From: an uncultured Acidobacteriota bacterium
GTDB taxonomy: Bacteria; Acidobacteriota; Terriglobia; Versatilivoradales; Versatilivoraceae
NCBI GenBank assembly: GCA_963803155.1
Contig: CAWDMN010000059.1
Span: 390,570-454,569, forward strand
Length of the DNA: 64,000 nt
Direction: 5' to 3'
The notes beneath the pieces were generated by a model, which searched no databases, was not told where the DNA came from, and saw only the letters and a program-made list of their open reading frames with translations. A program made the translations under genes and the position numbers. Shown here in pieces: positions 59,880-64,000 of the stretch; the first letter of the stretch is position 1; the number at the start of each line of letters is the position of its first letter.

Positions 59880-60078
59880 AATTCAAAGTCCGACAGGTTA
59901 GAGCGAGTGCCATGGGATGGCATACACGGGAGGGCGAGCCTCCCGGCGAGCCATCCGTGTGGCATTTGCCATCTTTACCCATACCGGTTCGGCAGGCGGA
60001 GTCTGCCTAAGCGGGAGCTTCGCCCTCCCAGCGGATGCTCAGTTCAGCTGATCAACACGACTTGTTGCACTTTGAATT
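59880..60078. mobile_element. TIR-bounded mosaic palindromic element, copy 1 (inverted relative to copies 2 and 3)
   Basis: The ends AATTCAAAGTCCGACAGG and CTTGTTGCACTTTGAATT form an 18-bp stem with one mismatch. Internal modules: GGGAGG..CCTCCC, GGCAGGCGGAGTCTGCC, ACCGGTTCGG, CTCAGTTCAGC. Confidence 0.7.
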
Positions 60079-60229
60079 GCATCTTCTCCACCATTTCCGA
60101 TTTAATTCAAGACCTCAAGCATGGTAGAATGCCCAGCGCAGTTTTTAACCGTAATTGGCCTTTCCAAAAAAGGCATGATTTCGAGACATATGGCCCTTTT
60201 CCACAAGGGGCCCCGAGCAAGGAGGAGAG

Positions 60230-61288
60230 ATGGGGAAAACGTATAAGATTGCTTTGATGGGTGGTGACGGGACCGGTCCTGAAGTCTTGGCTGAAGGCGT
60301 AAAAGTTCTGAGGGCCGCCGCACAAAAATTCGATTTCAAGATGGATTTGACGAACTTTGATTTTGGCGGCGAACGATACAAGCGGACTGGAGAGATCCTT
60401 CCCGACAGCGCCATTGAAGAGTTGCGGCAATTCGATGCCATTTACCTTGGCGCCATCGGACATCCGGACGTTAAGCCGGGGATTTTGGAAAAGGGGATTT
60501 TGCTGAAGTTGCGTTTTTCGCTGGATCAGTACATTAATCTCCGTCCCGTCAAGCTTTATCCTGGCGTCGATACTCCTTTGAAAGACAAAGGCCCCAAAGA
60601 GATCGATTTCGTCGTAGTACGGGAAAACAGCGAGGGTCTTTATGCCGGCGCGGGCGGGGTTCTGAAGAAAGGAACTCTGGATGAAGTGGCAATCCAGGAA
60701 TCGATAAATACCCGAAAAGGAGTGGAGCGCTGCCTCCGCTACGCTTTTGATTACACGCGCAAACGCAATCAAGGGAAAAAACTGACACTGTGCGGAAAAA
60801 CCAACGTCTTGACCTTTGCCTTCGATCTTTGGGAACGGACCTTTTATGAAGTGGCCAAAGAGTATTCGGATATCAAAACGGATTACGCCCACGTCGATGC
60901 CACTTGCATGTGGATGGTCAAGAATCCGGAATGGTTTGATGTGATTGTGACCGACAATATGTTCGGCGACATTATTACCGACTTGGGCGCCATGATCCAA
61001 GGCGGCATGGGAATTGCGGCCGGAGGAAATATTAATCCCGAAGGTGTGTCCATGTTTGAACCGATTGGCGGTTCCGCACCCAAATATACCGGAAAGAATG
61101 TCATTAATCCGATGGCTGCGATTATGGCCGGCCAGATGATGCTCGACGTTCTCGGCGAAACCAAAGCCGCAGCCGCCGTAGAAAAAGCCGCGGTGATGGT
61201 GATCTCCCAAAAATTGAAGAGCCAGGCCGCTGGCAAGATGGGTTATTCGACAACTGAAGTGGGTGACTTGGTGGCAGCAGCGGTGTAG
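60230..61288 (+). CDS. leuB: 3-isopropylmalate dehydrogenase (isopropylmalate/tartrate dehydrogenase family)
   Basis: ALMGGDGTGPEV, VRENSEGLYAG, NMFGDIITDL. The sequence type is close to the TtuC/archaeal-type clade. I assign leuB from the neighbouring ilvC and BCAA genes. Confidence 0.8.
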   Translation: MGKTYKIALMGGDGTGPEVLAEGVKVLRAAAQKFDFKMDLTNFDFGGERYKRTGEILPDSAIEELRQFDAIYLGAIGHPDVKPGILEKGILLKLRFSLDQYINLRPVKLYPGVDTPLKDKGPKEIDFVVVRENSEGLYAGAGGVLKKGTLDEVAIQESINTRKGVERCLRYAFDYTRKRNQGKKLTLCGKTNVLTFAFDLWERTFYEVAKEYSDIKTDYAHVDATCMWMVKNPEWFDVIVTDNMFGDIITDLGAMIQGGMGIAAGGNINPEGVSMFEPIGGSAPKYTGKNVINPMAAIMAGQMMLDVLGETKAAAAVEKAAVMVISQKLKSQAAGKMGYSTTEVGDLVAAAV

Positions 61289-61292
61289 AAGG

Positions 61293-61362
61293 CAGTGGTC
61301 AGTGATCAGTGGTTAGTGGTTAGTGGTCGGTAGTCAGTCGTTAATCGTCGGTGGTGGGCGGT
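61293..61362 (+). repeat. tandem heptamer array H4 (10 units, single arm)
   Basis: CAGTGGT CAGTGAT CAGTGGT TAGTGGT TAGTGGT CGGTAGT CAGTCGT TAATCGT CGGTGGT GGGCGGT, starting 5 nt after the leuB stop codon. Confidence 0.75.
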
Positions 61363-61476
61363 CTTAATTTGTGTTTTGCTACCGCTTGCAAATAATCCCA
61401 ATTGATCACTATTGGTGTAGGAACTGAATCTGCCTGGTCGGAGTTGGCCAACGGTCACGAATGCAGATCCGGACAA

Positions 61477-61526
61477 TAAAAAAGCCCCGGGATCCTCATC
61501 TGGATCTCCGGGGCTTTCCTTTTTAT
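61477..61526. terminator. bidirectional terminator between convergent leuB and ilvC
   Basis: AAAAAA-GCCCCGGGATC...GATCTCCGGGGC-TTTCCTTTTTATT. Confidence 0.8.
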
Positions 61527-61619
61527 TCCTGCCCATTCATAGGACCGCTTAATCCTGAAATTTTACGACCGCCCTCGAATCGAAACAGAGGCGGCATCCG
61601 CTGGATTAAGGAAACACTA

Positions 61620-62675
61620 TTATTTTTTCCAATTTTCCGGACGCAGGGATCGAACAGTAGTTCCAGCCTTCCACATCTCGGAATTTCCCATCCGTCCCAG
61701 TTCTTCCCTCAGCCGTTCCGCATAATCAGGGCGGCTGTTGACATCCAACACGACACGGGTCTCTTCTCCGGTTTTCACCCGTCGATAGAGTTCCTCAAAA
61801 ACCGGAAGTGAAGCAGCCTTGAATTTAGGCAGCCAGTCCAAAGCCCCGCGTTGTGCCGTAGTACTGCAGTTGGCATACATCCAATCCATCCCATTTTCTC
61901 CGACGAGGCGGATGAGGCTCTGCGTCAATTCCTCTACGGTCTCGTTGAAAGCTTCACTGGGGGAATGGCCATTTTTCCGCAGTGTGTCGTACTGGGCTTC
62001 CATGATGCCGGCCAGCGCGCCCATCAGCACTCCACGTTCGCCGGTCAGATCGCTCCAGACTTCATTCTCGAAAGTAGTGGGAAATAGAAAACCAGACCCG
62101 ATGGCGATACCGAGGGCCAGGCAACGCTCCTTGGCGCGTCCAGTGGCATCCTGGAAAACCGCAAAACTGCTGTTGATGCCGCTACCGTCCAGGAAATTAC
62201 GCCGCACGGAGGTTCCCGAACCCTTCGGGGCCACCAGGAGGACATCAACATCCGGAGAGGGAATCACGCCGGTTTGATCTTTGTATACAATCGAAAAGCC
62301 GTGAGAAAAATAGAGGGCATCCCCTTTTTTCAAATTCTTTTTGATCACGGGCCACTGGGCTTTCTGACCGGCGTCGGAAATCAGGTATTGGATGATGGTT
62401 CCCCGTTTCACTGCTTCTTCAATGGGGAAGAGAGTTTCCCCTTCCACAAAACCATCCGCTTTGGCTTTCTCCCAATAGCGCGTTTCCTCGGGACGCTGTC
62501 CAATGATCACTTTGAAGCCGTTGTCCCGCATATTGAGAGCTTGCGCGGGTCCTTGTACACCGTAACCAATCACGGTGATTACTTCGTTTTTTAAAATCTG
62601 ACGGGCTTTCTCGAGTGGGAACTCATCACGAGTGACGACTTCCTCTTCAACTCCACCAAAATTCATCTTCGCCAT
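61620..62675 (-). CDS. ilvC: ketol-acid reductoisomerase (class I)
   Basis: GYGVQGPAQALNMRDNG Rossmann motif; 351 aa from the ATG at 62675, preceded by AGGAGG. The track ORF (to 62966) reads through an upstream repeat element and is over-extended. Confidence 0.95.
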   Translation of the reverse strand: MAKMNFGGVEEEVVTRDEFPLEKARQILKNEVITVIGYGVQGPAQALNMRDNGFKVIIGQRPEETRYWEKAKADGFVEGETLFPIEEAVKRGTIIQYLISDAGQKAQWPVIKKNLKKGDALYFSHGFSIVYKDQTGVIPSPDVDVLLVAPKGSGTSVRRNFLDGSGINSSFAVFQDATGRAKERCLALGIAIGSGFLFPTTFENEVWSDLTGERGVLMGALAGIMEAQYDTLRKNGHSPSEAFNETVEELTQSLIRLVGENGMDWMYANCSTTAQRGALDWLPKFKAASLPVFEELYRRVKTGEETRVVLDVNSRPDYAERLREELGRMGNSEMWKAGTTVRSLRPENWKK

Positions 62676-62763
62676 AATTAGCCTCCTGTTGTGAATGCCA
62701 AAAAAAGGGAAATCATATTGCATCCCCTCAGAGCCTGTCAAGGTTTTCAAAAGGGGGCGGTGT

Positions 62764-62950
62764 AATTTAAAGTGCGACAGGGTGAACCAGTAGAGCTGAT
62801 TGGCTGAACTGAGTAATAGCCGGGAGGATGAGGCCTCCCCGAACCGGTCTGGGTTGGACATGGCATGCGCGGGCGGCTTGCCAAGCGGAGTCCGCCAAAG
62901 CGGGAGGATTGCCCTCCCGCATTCATTCCCTCCAACGCCGACCTTGAATT
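62764..62950. mobile_element. TIR-bounded mosaic palindromic element, copy 2
   Basis: Starts with AATTTAAAGTGCGACAGGGTGAACCAGT (23 consecutive nt identical to copy 3) and ends with CGCCGACCTTGAATT. It has the same modules (GGCTGAACTGAG, GGGAGG..CCTCCC, GAACCGGTCT, GCGGAGTCCGCC). Confidence 0.7.
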
Positions 62951-63051
62951 GACCTGAATACGGCAAGACAGCGCTTATCGCCGTGGGGTTTCAACTGGCG
63001 AAAGAAAGAAGCGGCACCCCTCCTCACTCTTCAGGGAGCAAATTCCCCTTT

Positions 63052-63789
63052 TTAATCTCCTTTGTGGATTTGCCTCACATACCAACTCCACTGTCTCAAG
63101 ATCCCCCGCAAGATGCGAACATCTCGGCGTTCGAGCATGGCGCGCGAAAACAGCTGGCGAACCGTGCGCATGATGCGAGGTCCGCTAATCGGATTGAGGA
63201 AACCAATCTGCAGTAAAGAGGCCTCCAACTGGGTGAAAAAGCCCTCCACATCCCACAGTGGGGCAACCTCCAAAGATCTGCCTTGGGAATACAAGGCGCG
63301 GCGGGAATAAATTTCATAAGCCAGGATGGCTACGGCATGGGAGAGATTCATGGATTCAAAAGCGGGATTTGTCGGGATCGTCACCAGCTTCTGGCACAAA
63401 CGGAGATGATCGTTGGTCAAGCCAGTCCGTTCGGGTCCAAATACCAAGGCGATGCGTTGCCGGCTGGCCAGCGACAATATTTCTTCCGCCATTTGAGAAG
63501 GCGTATGCACTGTGGGAATCCAATGGACGTTTCTCGAACTCGTTCCAACGCTCAGAGCAAATTCAGAGAGTGCCTTTTCGAAAGAATCAAAGCGAGTGCA
63601 GGCTTGCAACAAGTCATCAGCGCCGCAAGCCATGCGAAAAGTCTCATCGGTGAAATCGGCCTGGCACCCCGCCAGGACGAGGTTTTGCAGCCCAAAATTT
63701 TTCATCACCCGCGCCACTGAACCAATATTTCCGGGTGCTTGAGTCTCCACCAGCAAGATAGAAATGTTGTCCAAAATGTTTTTTTTCAT
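63052..63789 (-). CDS. trmJ: SpoU/TrmH-family RNA 2'-O-methyltransferase (TrmJ-like)
   Basis: ILLVETQAPGNIGSVARVMKNFG, LVFGPERTGL and ESMNLSHAVAILAYE are the three SPOUT motifs. The protein is 245 aa. Confidence 0.85.
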   Translation of the reverse strand: MKKNILDNISILLVETQAPGNIGSVARVMKNFGLQNLVLAGCQADFTDETFRMACGADDLLQACTRFDSFEKALSEFALSVGTSSRNVHWIPTVHTPSQMAEEILSLASRQRIALVFGPERTGLTNDHLRLCQKLVTIPTNPAFESMNLSHAVAILAYEIYSRRALYSQGRSLEVAPLWDVEGFFTQLEASLLQIGFLNPISGPRIMRTVRQLFSRAMLERRDVRILRGILRQWSWYVRQIHKGD

Positions 63790-63873
63790 ATGCCACCTGG
63801 CCGCTGATTCTAGTGCACCAGCGAGTTCGCGTCAATTCCTGCAGTGGGACATCCCGCCTGTGGGAAAGTGTGT

Positions 63874-64000
63874 AATCCAAAGTGCGACAGGGTGAACCAG
63901 TCGCGCCCATCGGCTGAACTGAGCCATAGCCGGGAGGCAGAGGCTTCCGCCAAGGCGGACTCCGCCCGCCGAACCGGTCTTGGCAAAGATGGCACACACG
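63874..64000. mobile_element. TIR-bounded mosaic palindromic element, copy 3 (truncated by window end)
   Basis: AATCCAAAGTGCGACAGGGTGAACCAGT...GGCTGAACTGAGCC...GGCGGACTCCGCCCGCCGAACCGGTCTTGGCAAAGATGGCA. It is collinear with copy 2 and with the reverse complement of copy 1. Confidence 0.65.

Noticed and set aside
59884-59897. AAAGTCCGACAGG resembles the RNase P P4/CR-I region (GAAAGUCCGG).
   Set aside because: Other universally conserved RNase P blocks (for example ACAGAA..CCGGCUUA) are absent. The sequence is about 200 nt long and present in three copies, so it is a repeat element terminus.
59749-59982. Small ORFs overlapping the mosaic elements (59749-59982, 62747-62935, 63810-63995).
   Set aside because: Similarity between them follows the DNA repeat in either orientation and frame. 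They are Arg/Ser/Pro-rich and have no start context, so they are non-coding repeats.
60107-61210. A 367-aa minus-strand ORF antisense to leuB. Similar long antisense ORFs occur at 7434-8636, 53048-53902, 48316-48999 and 17757-18569.
   Set aside because: Each lies inside a confidently assigned gene on the other strand and has low-complexity, His/Gly/Arg-rich sequence. All are shadow ORFs.
62676-62966. A 97-codon N-terminal extension of the ilvC ORF in the track.
   Set aside because: The extension reads through mosaic repeat copy 2. Its translation (...SSRLLLSSANQLYWFTLSHFKL...) recurs in the ORF that overlaps copy 3. A strong AGGAGG RBS precedes the internal ATG at 62675, which gives a canonical 351-aa KARI.

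Overview
This 64-kb chromosomal window is mostly housekeeping genes on a Gram-negative-type backbone. An orphan duplicated FtsX/MacB (ADOP-type) permease, sigma-54 two-component systems and split atp/nuo loci suggest Acidobacteriota or a neighbouring phylum, but this is inference only. Gene content from left to right: a partial secreted repeat protein; about 1 kb of hairpin-dense non-coding DNA; a Rossmann-fold protein fused to a miniature MCP hairpin tip; ywbE; an outer-membrane barrel, GH32 fructosidase, TlpA-like redoxin and SSS symporter; typA; a hypothetical-MCP-CheW operon; a giant PAS hybrid kinase with an NtrC-type regulator; a second hybrid kinase; atpZ-atpI-atpB-atpE; a lipoprotein; an orphan nuoL-nuoM pair; a ROK glucokinase; an esterase; a VOC protein; the ADOP permease; and def. 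A branched-chain amino-acid supercluster follows: ilvB-ilvN-cimA-TIGR00300-leuA, then leuB and ilvC. It is interrupted by a PIN toxin cassette, a type III-like glutamine synthetase, lysC, a GAF/PAS kinase with an NtrC-type regulator, and an aspartate aminotransferase. The window ends with trmJ. I saw no rRNA, tRNA or CRISPR array. The most unusual content is non-coding. (1) A family of long hairpin elements has arms built from tandem 7-nt repeats; these fill intercistronic spacers inside the atp operon and a kinase-regulator operon. (2) Three copies of a roughly 190-200 bp mosaic palindromic element bounded by terminal inverted repeats cluster around leuB, ilvC and trmJ. (3) A 458-bp foldback element has arms of about 105-113 bp. 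(4) A 95-bp tandem duplication lies between ilvN and cimA. A vapC cassette bracketed by a 13-bp direct repeat, with an oversized three-module partner protein, is the only clearly accessory gene module. All functional calls rest on motif recognition by eye; no database search was run.
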